Shown here piece after piece: positions 8,945 to 18,617 of a stretch of DNA of 63,916 nucleotides. Below the pieces are notes generated by a model. That model ran no database searches. It worked only from the letters and a program-made list of their open reading frames with translations, and was not told where the DNA came from. Source of the stretch: a candidate division WWE3 bacterium RIFCSPHIGHO2_02_FULL_38_14 (GTDB taxonomy: Bacteria; Patescibacteriota; WWE3; UBA101185; UBA10185); assembly GCA_001772865.1 (NCBI GenBank), contig MEVD01000015.1:88252-152167 (forward strand), written 5' to 3'. Each line of letters starts with the position of its first letter. Position 1 is the stretch's first letter. The position numbers and the translations under genes are program-made.

Positions 8945-10528
8945 ATGCGGACAACCAGGGATATTAAAATATTATTCGGTATTTCTGTTCAGCTGTTTTT
9001 ACTCGCCCTTCCAATTATAAAAACGGTTGATTTTATGCAGAACGACGATTGGGTTTATTACAGAACCACTGCCGATTTTATGAGGGGAGTAATCAAGCTT
9101 GATCCTTATATCGGTCCTACATTTTATTTGCAGGGATTTATGGGGGCTGTATGGGGATACTTTTTCACACTTCAGACTTTGCCAATTCTGACATTGGTTT
9201 TTACAATTTTGAATTTTTACATTTTTTCCGTAATTCTTGTTAAATTCTTTAATCAAAACTGGCTTACGGCAACAATAATAAGTTCTATATATGCTTTCAA
9301 TCCATTAAATGTATATACAGCCATAGGTTATATGACCACACAGTATTTTATGTTTTTTCTTTTGCTTTCGATTCTTACATTTCTGCAGTTTGAAAAAACA
9401 CAAAAAAATATATACTTATTCTTAACCCTATTTTCTTCATTTTTAGGCTTGCTGATACGCCAGGTCTCACTAGCAATTCCACTTAGTATATTTATTTATT
9501 TTTCTTTAAAGAAAGACTACAAAAAAGCATTAATAAGTTTTATCTCGTTTATAGGTTTTGCTTTTATATATAACTTTTTTATTCCACTTACTCCCAGAAT
9601 CAGGGAAGTCGGGTTGCAGCTTCACCATTTTGATGAAATTAAGTACACCTATTCACTGATATATGGGATTTTAATAATACTTTCAGCGTTTCTTATGCCT
9701 TTTATCATTTCAATATTTATTGAAAGAACTCAATTAAAAGAGTTTGTTATTAAAAAGAAAAAATCGGTTATATTTGTAGTTGTTGCCGTTTTGCTTTTTA
9801 TTGTACTTAATAAATTCTTCATGCCACAGGAAATATCCTGGGGTGAGTTTCCTTATTTTGAAAACACTTTTGAAAGAACCGGCTTTTATCCCAGGGGTGT
9901 AAGCGGAACTAAGTATCATTTTATGGGTTCATACGACTTATTCAGGTTTTGGGATTTGGCGGCTAAGATCGCAGTATCAATATTACTAAGCTATATTCTA
10001 ATTTTTAAAAGAATATTCATTAATTTCCATTTCATATTCATAATTGTTTATTTGTTAATAATGGTCACTGTTGAAACATTCTATGACAGATATATACTTA
10101 TTCTAATTCCATTCGCAATTTTGTATTTGCTCTCAATCCAAAAAACCGAATTTAATCTTTGGCAGATGTTAGTGAAGATTTTATTTGGGTTCTTCCTAAT
10201 ATTTCTTTCATATCAATTTGCCATGGATTTCGTCCTGGTAAACAAGTACATCTGGAGTAAAGCAAAAGAAATTTCAAAATCCGCCAATATACCGGAGAAT
10301 AAAATACTGGCCACCAATGCCTGGAAATTAAATTACTTAAACGACACGCGTGATTATACTTATAACTTCAGTTATGACAGCCAAGTAGTAAATGAAACAT
10401 ACAGATGCTGCTATTATCTTGTTGAAGTAAATGAAATATATTACCCCCTAAATATATTTGTAAATCCTAAAATATATTTATATCAGTTAAGGTCTATTAC
10501 ATCAATTATAGATGAGCAAACAGAATAA
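8945..10528 (+). CDS. Polytopic GT-C-type (ArnT/PMT-like) glycosyltransferase
   Basis: First-loop NDDWVYY acidic motif, about 13 hydrophobic segments, FYDRY motif, soluble C-terminal domain. Confidence 0.6.
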   Translation: MRTTRDIKILFGISVQLFLLALPIIKTVDFMQNDDWVYYRTTADFMRGVIKLDPYIGPTFYLQGFMGAVWGYFFTLQTLPILTLVFTILNFYIFSVILVKFFNQNWLTATIISSIYAFNPLNVYTAIGYMTTQYFMFFLLLSILTFLQFEKTQKNIYLFLTLFSSFLGLLIRQVSLAIPLSIFIYFSLKKDYKKALISFISFIGFAFIYNFFIPLTPRIREVGLQLHHFDEIKYTYSLIYGILIILSAFLMPFIISIFIERTQLKEFVIKKKKSVIFVVVAVLLFIVLNKFFMPQEISWGEFPYFENTFERTGFYPRGVSGTKYHFMGSYDLFRFWDLAAKIAVSILLSYILIFKRIFINFHFIFIIVYLLIMVTVETFYDRYILILIPFAILYLLSIQKTEFNLWQMLVKILFGFFLIFLSYQFAMDFVLVNKYIWSKAKEISKSANIPENKILATNAWKLNYLNDTRDYTYNFSYDSQVVNETYRCCYYLVEVNEIYYPLNIFVNPKIYLYQLRSITSIIDEQTE

Positions 10529-10541
10529 GTTTAGTTCGCGA

Positions 10542-12011
10542 TTACTTACATGACAGCACAAACACTATATTCTTTTCTTTAGTTCCAAATGTTTTGACTA
10601 TATCTGAACAACCTTCAATTGCTGCTACTTCATCCAAATGCTCAACAGATGTAACTAAAAAGTCCGTATTTATGTCGTAATCTCTTTGCATATTTCCGTT
10701 ATAGTAATATGAAAATGACTCGTAGTTATAAGGAACATAAACATGGTTTTTTCTGTCTTTTAGGCTTAAATAATCTGCTGACTGGGCGTAATACTCTCCG
10801 CTGTTATCGTAAATTCCCAATTTTAGTGCTGTTTCCGTACCACCTAAAATAGGGGAGTAGTAAGCAGAATACACAGGAAAATATAAATATGAAATTAGAA
10901 TGATTAAAATAAAAGCTGAGACACACACTATTATTTTTAATTTATTATACAAATGCTTAATGGGAAAGCTTGAAATCAAAAGTACGGGCGGAAACATGGC
11001 AACAGAATACCTGTCTATTTTTTGCTCCGAAATACTTAAAACCAGAAAATAAACCAATAGGTTTAAAAAGACAAAGAGTTTAAATTTATCGGTAAATAAT
11101 TCCTTTTTCTTTATAAATATAAACAAACTGAAAATGAATAATAAAATGGTAATGGGGGAGAGCTTTATCCCTAAAATAACAATGTAATAAATCGGAAGAA
11201 TATAATTGGGAATCATGTCTGATGCATAATTATCAGTTACGGCATTAAATGCTGCATTAGAAAGCTTAGAAACGACCATATTAAAATCTGCCAGCATAGC
11301 GGGAAAAAGTATGGTAAATGTAATTACAAATATTAAACCAAAAATCAATAAACTGGCGTCTTTTTTCTGACGAAATCCTAAAATAAATATAATTAAATAA
11401 ACCGGCAGAATTATTAATGTCGTTAATTTTGATAGTACTGAGAGGCTTAATAATACCGAGGATAAAACAAGAAATTTATTTTCCCGGAATTTATACCAGT
11501 TCAGAATAAATAAAAAAGATGTAAAAGAGAAAAATGTTTCTAAAGATGTTAAATGGAACCACCTGTTAATCCCGATCAAATACGGCTCAACGCTCAAAAT
11601 AAATCCGAAAAACAACGACACCTCATCACCGAAAAGTTTTCTAACTAACAGGATTTGAACCAGGAACAAAACTCCTAAAACAAGTACAATAATTGTCTTC
11701 GAAATTCCGTGAACTATCGGATAATAAGTTGAATTTTCCAGAGTTTTAGGTTCCATTCCTTTGTTAATTTGATACTTAAATGAAATGTCGTTTACAAAAG
11801 CGTCAAGCCACATTAACGTAACACCGGGCTGATAATGCTGATAAGTATCGGCAAAATTTCCTGATTTTAAAGCATTTAAAAAATCCTCCGACCTTCGATG
11901 CCACCTGGCAGCGTCAGAATTAGAAATATCCTTCCCTAAGCCGGGAAGCCTGAATATAAAAAACAAAAATAATATACTAAGAAGAATTAACTTATACTTT
12001 TTCTCCGCCAT
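10542..12011 (-). CDS. Polytopic GT-C-type (ArnT/GT39-like) glycosyltransferase
   Basis: NSDAARW loop, QPGVTLMW, EPYL, LSKL, DRY motifs and many TMs. Likely start MAEKK at 12011 (track 12041). Confidence 0.6.
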   Translation of the reverse strand: MAEKKYKLILLSILFLFFIFRLPGLGKDISNSDAARWHRRSEDFLNALKSGNFADTYQHYQPGVTLMWLDAFVNDISFKYQINKGMEPKTLENSTYYPIVHGISKTIIVLVLGVLFLVQILLVRKLFGDEVSLFFGFILSVEPYLIGINRWFHLTSLETFFSFTSFLFILNWYKFRENKFLVLSSVLLSLSVLSKLTTLIILPVYLIIFILGFRQKKDASLLIFGLIFVITFTILFPAMLADFNMVVSKLSNAAFNAVTDNYASDMIPNYILPIYYIVILGIKLSPITILLFIFSLFIFIKKKELFTDKFKLFVFLNLLVYFLVLSISEQKIDRYSVAMFPPVLLISSFPIKHLYNKLKIIVCVSAFILIILISYLYFPVYSAYYSPILGGTETALKLGIYDNSGEYYAQSADYLSLKDRKNHVYVPYNYESFSYYYNGNMQRDYDINTDFLVTSVEHLDEVAAIEGCSDIVKTFGTKEKNIVFVLSCK

Positions 12012-12063
12012 ATCAATAGTAATAATATACAACAATTCCAAATATAACTGTTAAAATGATTTT

Positions 12064-12735
12064 ATGGAGAAACAGAGAAGTATTGTAAGAGAGCTGTCTG
12101 TAGTTATTTTTGGAATAATATTAGTAGGAATACTTATAAATTTATCGGTTCCGTATTTAAACTCAGCGAAATTTAAAGATTTTATTGAAGACAGAGGAAC
12201 ATTGGGACCTGTTTTTATAGTATCCTTTACAGCATTTTCTCAAATATTTGCACCGTTTCCCGGATCTCCCGCTTCAATTATAAGTATTGCAGTGTACGGT
12301 TATACTACAACAATTATATTTGTATATTTAGGCGGATTGCTAAGCTCAGCAATAAGTTTTTACATAAGCAGAAGATTCGGGCGCAGACTGGTTATTAAAT
12401 TCGTCGGTCAAAACACCATGAACGAAATTGACGACTTCGCCAGGGCGGAAGGTACAGAAGTATTAATAATTTCCAGGTTAATTGGTTTCCCGTTATTTGA
12501 TTATATTTCCTACGCCGCCGGATTAACCAGTATTCCGTTTAAAAATTATTACACCATATCCGCAATTTGTAGTGTAATTCCCACAATAATACTGGCTATA
12601 ATATTTAAAGGTCTGGATTTTTCTTCCAGGACGGGATTCACAATTTGGTTTTTATCCCTTAATATAGTCGGTATTATTTTTGGTTTAATGATAAGAAGGT
12701 ATATTAATAAAAGGAATAAATTAAAAAATAAATGA
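12064..12735 (+). CDS. TVP38/TMEM64 (VTT/DedA superfamily) membrane protein
   Basis: APFPGS, ISRRFGR, SRLIGFPLFDYISYAAGLT. Confidence 0.85.
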   Translation: MEKQRSIVRELSVVIFGIILVGILINLSVPYLNSAKFKDFIEDRGTLGPVFIVSFTAFSQIFAPFPGSPASIISIAVYGYTTTIIFVYLGGLLSSAISFYISRRFGRRLVIKFVGQNTMNEIDDFARAEGTEVLIISRLIGFPLFDYISYAAGLTSIPFKNYYTISAICSVIPTIILAIIFKGLDFSSRTGFTIWFLSLNIVGIIFGLMIRRYINKRNKLKNK

Positions 12736-13433
12736 AATTAACTTATCTTGATAAATTTAAAAACTATGATCACATGACAATTTTGCTGATAGGTTCTTCT
12801 ATTACAGCACAGGATTGGTGTCACCCGAACTGGCATGACTGGCTGAATTACACTTTCAAACTAGATGATAACTGGGAGGACTGCTGGAAAAGAAAGATAA
12901 TAAATGTGGCAAGAGACGGTGCTACTATTACTCATTACTTAAATAATTTTGAAAGTGAAATAAAAAGATTTAAACCCGACCTCGTTATTGAATCTTTAGG
13001 CCTTAATTCAATTAATCCATATTTTGATTATGAAAAAACCAAGTCCGAATTATCAGATTTAAACAAACAAATAATTGGAAACAACATAGAAATCGCTTGC
13101 TGGTCATACCTTATTAACAAACCTGTTTATTTCGAATCCCTGAAAAAACTAAGGAATTTGCAAATGGAACTTGCAAAAGAAATGGATTATAAATTTATAG
13201 ATATTTATTCCGTGTTTAGTAAATATAATTTGGATAAACTGTTCGATTATATATACCCGTATGATAATGAAAGATGGAGTGTTAAACCGGGAGACACCGA
13301 TTATTTACATTGCAATGTAGCAGGAAATCAGATTATTGCAGAATGTCTGGCAAAAGAATTATTTAATGTTGAATTAAATTCCGATGAGATGGGAACTATG
13401 AAACTTTTAGATTTAAGAAAATACCTGAAATGA
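12732..13433 (+). CDS. SGNH/GDSL-family hydrolase
   Basis: LIGSSIT (block I), RDGAT (II), SLGLN (III), DYLH (V). Confidence 0.7.
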   Translation: MKLTYLDKFKNYDHMTILLIGSSITAQDWCHPNWHDWLNYTFKLDDNWEDCWKRKIINVARDGATITHYLNNFESEIKRFKPDLVIESLGLNSINPYFDYEKTKSELSDLNKQIIGNNIEIACWSYLINKPVYFESLKKLRNLQMELAKEMDYKFIDIYSVFSKYNLDKLFDYIYPYDNERWSVKPGDTDYLHCNVAGNQIIAECLAKELFNVELNSDEMGTMKLLDLRKYLK

Positions 13434-14071
13434 AAAAAATGTTTTTAGCTTCAGAATTTGGATACAGTGGTGATTTACTTAAAGAAAAATCTCAGTATCT
13501 CGCTGATAAACCTAAAGTGGCTTATATATCAAACGCAGCAGATTTAGACTCAGACCGTGAGTGGATGAATCATAACAGAGATATGTTTTTAAAATTGGGG
13601 TTCGAAATAATCAACATAGACTTACGCATACTAAAATTTGAAAAACTTAACGAAGCTTTATTATCTACAGACGCAGTTTATATGGAAGGCGGAAATACAT
13701 TTTATTTACTGGATATATGCAATAAAAGCGGATTTACCTATATTATTAAAGATCTGATTATAAACAAGGATAAGTTGTACATAGGAACCAGTGCCGGATC
13801 AGTAATTGCAGGTCCAAATATAGAATTCTCAAAATTTTTAGATGATCCGTCAGCTGCTCCTGAATTAGCTGATTTTACCGGTCTTGGTCTGGTAAACTTT
13901 GAAGTCATTCCTCATATTGGAAATGATGATTTCTTTAAATTAAATGAGAACTGCTATAATGACCTATTTAAAAATCTAAAAAATTATAAATACCCTCACA
14001 TTTGTTTAAGAGATAATCAGGCAGTATGGGTTGAAAATGATAAATTTGAAATTTTAAATTACGAATTTTAA
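13430..14071 (+). CDS. Peptidase S51 (dipeptidase E/class I GATase-like)
   Basis: EGGNTFYL, GTSAGSV nucleophile, VIPH. Confidence 0.9.
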   Translation: MKKMFLASEFGYSGDLLKEKSQYLADKPKVAYISNAADLDSDREWMNHNRDMFLKLGFEIINIDLRILKFEKLNEALLSTDAVYMEGGNTFYLLDICNKSGFTYIIKDLIINKDKLYIGTSAGSVIAGPNIEFSKFLDDPSAAPELADFTGLGLVNFEVIPHIGNDDFFKLNENCYNDLFKNLKNYKYPHICLRDNQAVWVENDKFEILNYEF

Positions 14072-14086
14072 AAAGGAGGTGATTTT

Positions 14087-14278
14087 ATGCAGTATTTGTT
14101 TGTATGCCCAATGCCAAATTGCGGACATGAGGTTGTTGTTGAAGCTGCATCCGATGAGGATGCCGTTCAAAAAATCATGATGGCAGGAGCAGAGCATGCT
14201 AAAAATGTGCATCCAAATATGCCAGTTAATGAAAACGAAATGCTGGAAATGGTTAAAACACAGATGAAAAAGTTATAA
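14087..14278 (+). CDS. DUF1059-like small metal-binding protein
   Basis: CPMPNC...EHAKNVH pattern; strong SD GGAGG at 14075-14079. Confidence 0.65.
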   Translation: MQYLFVCPMPNCGHEVVVEAASDEDAVQKIMMAGAEHAKNVHPNMPVNENEMLEMVKTQMKKL

Positions 14279-14315
14279 ATTAACTTTTAAACGATTTTTA
14301 AGTTATAATCTGAAC

Positions 14316-15080
14316 ATGATTAAACCAGTTTATTTTAAATTGTTGTTGGTGGTTGCTGTATTCATTTTTATATTATCAGCAGGTGCTAGTACAGTTAATT
14401 ACAAACTTTCTAAACTGGACACTATTATAAATAATTCTATTGCAAATTCAAATAAATCCGAAATTAAACCATCCATCGATAACCAAATCCCGTCAAATCC
14501 CACATCTCAAGAATCTAGTTATAGGAAACTTGCATTACAAAGTCCTAAATACACCGATGGATATGAAAAAGAACTGACTGATATGGGCAAAATTATACTC
14601 AACTTCCTAAAAAACAAGGAAATGGATAAAATTGCAAAGTATGTCCACGACGATTTAGGCTTAACCATTAAACCCTATTATTCAACTTCTCAAGAACAAG
14701 GTAGAATTTTAAACTCAGAACAAGTTAATAATTTTTTTAATGATAGTAGCGAGTATTTATGGGGGTTGGCAGACGGTTCGGGATTGCCGATGGTAATGAC
14801 AAATAAAGAGTATTTTGAAAACAAATTATACAATTATGACTTTTTAAATGCTGATTATTTTTCTTACAATCGTGATATTTCAGCCGGAAACAATTACTCT
14901 CTAGATATTGTTGTTTCCGATATTTATGATAGAGAGCAGAACAGATTTATCGAATATTACTTCGGGGGATTTGAAGAACAGTACGAAGGTATGGACTGGC
15001 AGGCATTAGCTTTAGTATTTGTAAAGCTTCAGGACAAATGGTATTTGGCTGGAATACTTCATAATGAATGGACTATTTAA
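14316..15080 (+). CDS. Secreted hypothetical protein
   Basis: Signal/TM. The C-terminal domain (WGLADGSG...MDWQALALVF...WYLAGILHNEWTI) resembles uncharacterised Firmicutes lipoproteins. Confidence 0.5.
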   Translation: MIKPVYFKLLLVVAVFIFILSAGASTVNYKLSKLDTIINNSIANSNKSEIKPSIDNQIPSNPTSQESSYRKLALQSPKYTDGYEKELTDMGKIILNFLKNKEMDKIAKYVHDDLGLTIKPYYSTSQEQGRILNSEQVNNFFNDSSEYLWGLADGSGLPMVMTNKEYFENKLYNYDFLNADYFSYNRDISAGNNYSLDIVVSDIYDREQNRFIEYYFGGFEEQYEGMDWQALALVFVKLQDKWYLAGILHNEWTI

Positions 15081-15107
15081 TTAAACTAATTTTGATATAA
15101 TGCAATT

Positions 15108-15809
15108 ATGAATAAACAAAAAGTATCATTAGGAATTCTATTATTATTAACAAGTTTAGTATTAACTGCATGTCTACCACTTATAAATACTCAAAAACAG
15201 CAGTCTGATACCTCAGAATCCAAACCCGCTACAGGTACTTCAGGTCAAAATAACGACCAAATTAATAATCAGCAAGTTTCGGGTTCGCTCTTGGACATGA
15301 TGAAACTTAATAAAAAATTGACCTGTAACTATACCGGAAAAGACGACAATGGAAAAACCACTTTTACTACCGAAATGTTTGTATCAGGAAACAAAGTGAG
15401 AAATAACGTTAGGATGACAGATAATTTAGATAAAACTTTAGAATCATACATGGTAAGTGACGGAGAATGGTTTTATATATGGTCAAATGCTTCCGACCAA
15501 GGCACTAAAATGAAAATATCCGAAATGGAAAATATTATGCAGGAGACTACAAAAGATATAAATAACCAACCTACTAACAATGTCGATCTAAATAAAGTTT
15601 CGGAGAAGTTTGATTTCTCCTGCAACACTTGGAATCCAGATATGTCAATGTTTGAAGTTCCTTCAGATATAACTTTCATCGATCTGCAGGAAACCTTGGA
15701 TAAACTCAAAGACCAACTGGGTGGATTTAAAGAAGCCGGATGCAACGCCTGTAATATGATTCAGGATGCAAATGCTAAGGTTGAGTGTTTGAAGAATCTT
15801 GGGTGCTGA
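15108..15809 (+). CDS. Putative lipoprotein
   Basis: Lipobox LTAC; Cys-rich C-terminus CNACNM...CLKNLGC. Confidence 0.55.
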   Translation: MNKQKVSLGILLLLTSLVLTACLPLINTQKQQSDTSESKPATGTSGQNNDQINNQQVSGSLLDMMKLNKKLTCNYTGKDDNGKTTFTTEMFVSGNKVRNNVRMTDNLDKTLESYMVSDGEWFYIWSNASDQGTKMKISEMENIMQETTKDINNQPTNNVDLNKVSEKFDFSCNTWNPDMSMFEVPSDITFIDLQETLDKLKDQLGGFKEAGCNACNMIQDANAKVECLKNLGC

Positions 15810-15957
15810 GTGAAATAAACGCGAAAAATGTAAAAAACGAACTGGTATATTTATTTTACAAAGTAATTGATTAACGACATCCGATATATCATTTCTATTT
15901 CTAATTACAAAACATTTAATTATTATAAAAACCGAAAAATTCAAGTAAAATCTTATC

Positions 15958-16815
15958 ATGTGGCTTACATATACACTAATATCACTAGGTTTTTTTACCG
16001 GATTATTTGTATTTTCAAAAATTCTCACTACAAACAGCAAAGATCAAAGAGCTTTCTCTGTTTTATATAGTTTATTTGCTTCTCTCTGGGCGTTAGTGTT
16101 TTTTTTGATTGAAACAGATCTAAATTCAATAGTATTTCCCTCCGGTATTATTCCTTATTTGGTATTGACAATAGCATGTGTTTTTTACGGGGTTTTTGAA
16201 AGATACAGATTCAAAGTTATGAAAAATATAGATATTTCATTATTTTCCATAATTTTAACATTAGCTCCGGTAACCGCTTTTATAGGCTCTTCGATTTTAT
16301 ATAAAGAACCACTAACTTCAATTAAGATAATAGGAGGTGCTTTAATAATATTCTCCAATATTTTGGTGGCATTTCAGCCAAATAAACAAAGAAATAAAAG
16401 TGATAAAAAATTTGTAGGTTTAGCTACTATTATTTCCATATTTCTTGGTATTGCTTGGATGTTGGATAAATCAGGCGCCGGATACTTTGGAACTCCTGTA
16501 TATAGCATATTGGTATGGTTTTTGCCTATATCTATTATATTTTTGCCTTATATAAAAATTTCAAATATTTCATTTGAATTAAAAACCGCTTCCTGGAAAA
16601 TTATTGCATTGGCTTTTCTAAATTCTGCCGGCTATTATTTACAACTAAAGGCTCTTACGCTGGGGGAGGCAACCAGAGTAATCCCTATTGTACAGGCATC
16701 ACTGATATTTACGGTATTACTGGGTATATTTTTCCTGAAGGAAAAAGAAAACAAAATTCAAAAGATAATTGCAGGAATTGCCTGCTTTTTAGGTGTGGTT
16801 TTATTGTCTCGATAA
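15958..16815 (+). CDS. EamA/DMT family transporter
   Basis: About 10 TMs with two-repeat structure; motifs LYKEPLT and FFLKEK. Confidence 0.85.
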   Translation: MWLTYTLISLGFFTGLFVFSKILTTNSKDQRAFSVLYSLFASLWALVFFLIETDLNSIVFPSGIIPYLVLTIACVFYGVFERYRFKVMKNIDISLFSIILTLAPVTAFIGSSILYKEPLTSIKIIGGALIIFSNILVAFQPNKQRNKSDKKFVGLATIISIFLGIAWMLDKSGAGYFGTPVYSILVWFLPISIIFLPYIKISNISFELKTASWKIIALAFLNSAGYYLQLKALTLGEATRVIPIVQASLIFTVLLGIFFLKEKENKIQKIIAGIACFLGVVLLSR

Positions 16816-16838
16816 ATAACTTTCTTAATACTTCGCGA

Positions 16839-17738
16839 ATGTTATATACTATTAAAATGCAAAAAAGTTTAAAAGCTGCCATTGATTTAACGCGGATATT
16901 TGAATATTATGGGAGCTGTATTTTACTCACACTTTTCGGGGTATTTGTAGCAGGAATTTCTGATTCTTCCAGTTACGGTCATATTACAAAACCGTTATTA
17001 GCGGTTATAGCCAATCTAATGAGTTTCGCATTTGCATTTATGATTAATGATATAGAAGATGCTGAAGATGATGCCCTGGATCCTGTAAAAGTTAATAGAA
17101 ATCCCGTGTCGGCAAAAAGAATTTCAAAAAGGACAGCATATATGATTACTGCAATAACAGCAGCACTTAGTTTGGCTATTTATGCTTCAATAAACTTATA
17201 TGCATTTGTTTTTGGTTCAGCTAGCATAATTCTCGGATTTATTTATTCCTGGAAAAAGGTCAGATTAAAGTCGTATCCGATTGTTGATGTCATTTCACAT
17301 GCATTGTTTTTGGCGGCGTTAGGTTTTTTGGTTGGTGTTTCTACAAATGTCCTTACATCAAATTTTAGATATATAGCTTTGGCAGGAGTTTCGCTTTTTG
17401 TATTTTCCATTTTTGAGGATTTAAGAAATGAATTAAGAGATTATGAGGTTGATTCTCTTGCTAAACTTAAAAACACCGCTCAAATCCTTAAACTTAAAAA
17501 ATATGAAAAGATTTTGGGATATGCATCAATTACACCTCTTTTTTTAACCGCTTTCTACTTGATAGTTCAAACTACATTATTTTCTAAATTACTTATACTC
17601 CCGGGTATCGCCTTTGTATTTGCTCATTATAAGTTTTTATACAAAAATCAGAACAAAAACCTATTTAACTATCCTTTAACCCAGATGGCACTTGTCTATA
17701 TTGGTGTAATATTGTTCTTTCAGGCTTTGCTACAATAA
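16839..17738 (+). CDS. UbiA-family prenyltransferase
   Basis: Asp-rich motifs NDIEDAEDD and NELRDYEVD; about 8 TMs. Confidence 0.85.
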   Translation: MLYTIKMQKSLKAAIDLTRIFEYYGSCILLTLFGVFVAGISDSSSYGHITKPLLAVIANLMSFAFAFMINDIEDAEDDALDPVKVNRNPVSAKRISKRTAYMITAITAALSLAIYASINLYAFVFGSASIILGFIYSWKKVRLKSYPIVDVISHALFLAALGFLVGVSTNVLTSNFRYIALAGVSLFVFSIFEDLRNELRDYEVDSLAKLKNTAQILKLKKYEKILGYASITPLFLTAFYLIVQTTLFSKLLILPGIAFVFAHYKFLYKNQNKNLFNYPLTQMALVYIGVILFFQALLQ

Positions 17739-17805
17739 TTTTTCATATCAATTCTTTATTTTCGGAAGTACCAACATATTGTTTTTTCCTCGCTTTTCTT
17801 CACAC

Positions 17806-17834
17806 TTGACTACTATAGGTTACTATGTTAGGAT
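17806..17834 (+). promoter_or_regulatory. Sigma70-type promoter
   Basis: TTGACT-N17-TAGGAT with extended TG at 17826-17827. Confidence 0.45.
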
Positions 17835-17897
17835 TCTAAAAGAGGAGAAAACAGAGGCAATTGCGAGTGTACTTCCTTAGCCTCTTTATAATTAAAA

Positions 17898-18617
17898 ATG
17901 CCTTCAGAGATCATAAATAATCTATTAATAGAATATTGGTCAGAAATACTGGTAGTTATTGCCTGTTTAGGTGTGGGTATGATTATTTTGGGAATAAGAA
18001 AAAGCGGCAGCAATTTCAGACAAAATATTATAAATAAAAAAATCATTAAAAAGAAATTAATTGAGTCGTATATAGACGTTTTAAATAATATTATAGAATT
18101 AATTGATAAAATCAATGAATACGAAAAATCATTCGGCAAATTCAATGACAAGCATATTTATTACATATTAGATAGTTTAAATACAATGCAAAGCTTAAAT
18201 GAAGAAAACAAAGCGCTTGAAGAACAGACAATTCAAAGCGGGTTGATAGATATTACATTTAAATTATCCGAAGTACTAAGCAGTTTGTACCATTTGGAGA
18301 ATGAAAACTATGAAATCCAGAAAAAATACCAGGAACTGGTTGTATCCCTTAGCAGAAAATACAAGAATGTAGAAATTCAGGATGAAATTTACAATGAAAA
18401 TATAGATATGAAAAAACACATCATGTCTGAGGTCCAACTGTTAAAAGATAAAACCGAGAATTTAATGGTTGAATACAATCTGCAGAAAGAGAAAAGAGAG
18501 AAAGATCTAAACGAGATAATTATTCATTGCAAGGATTTGATATATAAATTAGATCAATTTAAAATCAAACAGCTCGCGGCTAAAAAAATATACGTTAAAT
18601 ATTTATCATATGTTTAA
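17898..18617 (+). CDS. Hypothetical protein, N-terminal TM plus coiled-coil body
   Basis: One hydrophobic segment (EILVVIACLGVGMIILGI), then a helical charged sequence. Confidence 0.5.
   Translation: MPSEIINNLLIEYWSEILVVIACLGVGMIILGIRKSGSNFRQNIINKKIIKKKLIESYIDVLNNIIELIDKINEYEKSFGKFNDKHIYYILDSLNTMQSLNEENKALEEQTIQSGLIDITFKLSEVLSSLYHLENENYEIQKKYQELVVSLSRKYKNVEIQDEIYNENIDMKKHIMSEVQLLKDKTENLMVEYNLQKEKREKDLNEIIIHCKDLIYKLDQFKIKQLAAKKIYVKYLSYV

Noticed and set aside
15867-16070. 67-aa + strand ORF and other short track ORFs overlapping annotated genes
   Set aside because: Out-of-frame or antisense overlaps with well-supported genes; no motifs or initiation signals.
17853-17897. preQ1-I riboswitch resemblance (AGAGG/CCTCT stem plus A-rich tail)
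   Set aside because: The loop is 21 nt and lacks the conserved preQ1 loop nucleotides; the downstream gene is not queuosine-related.
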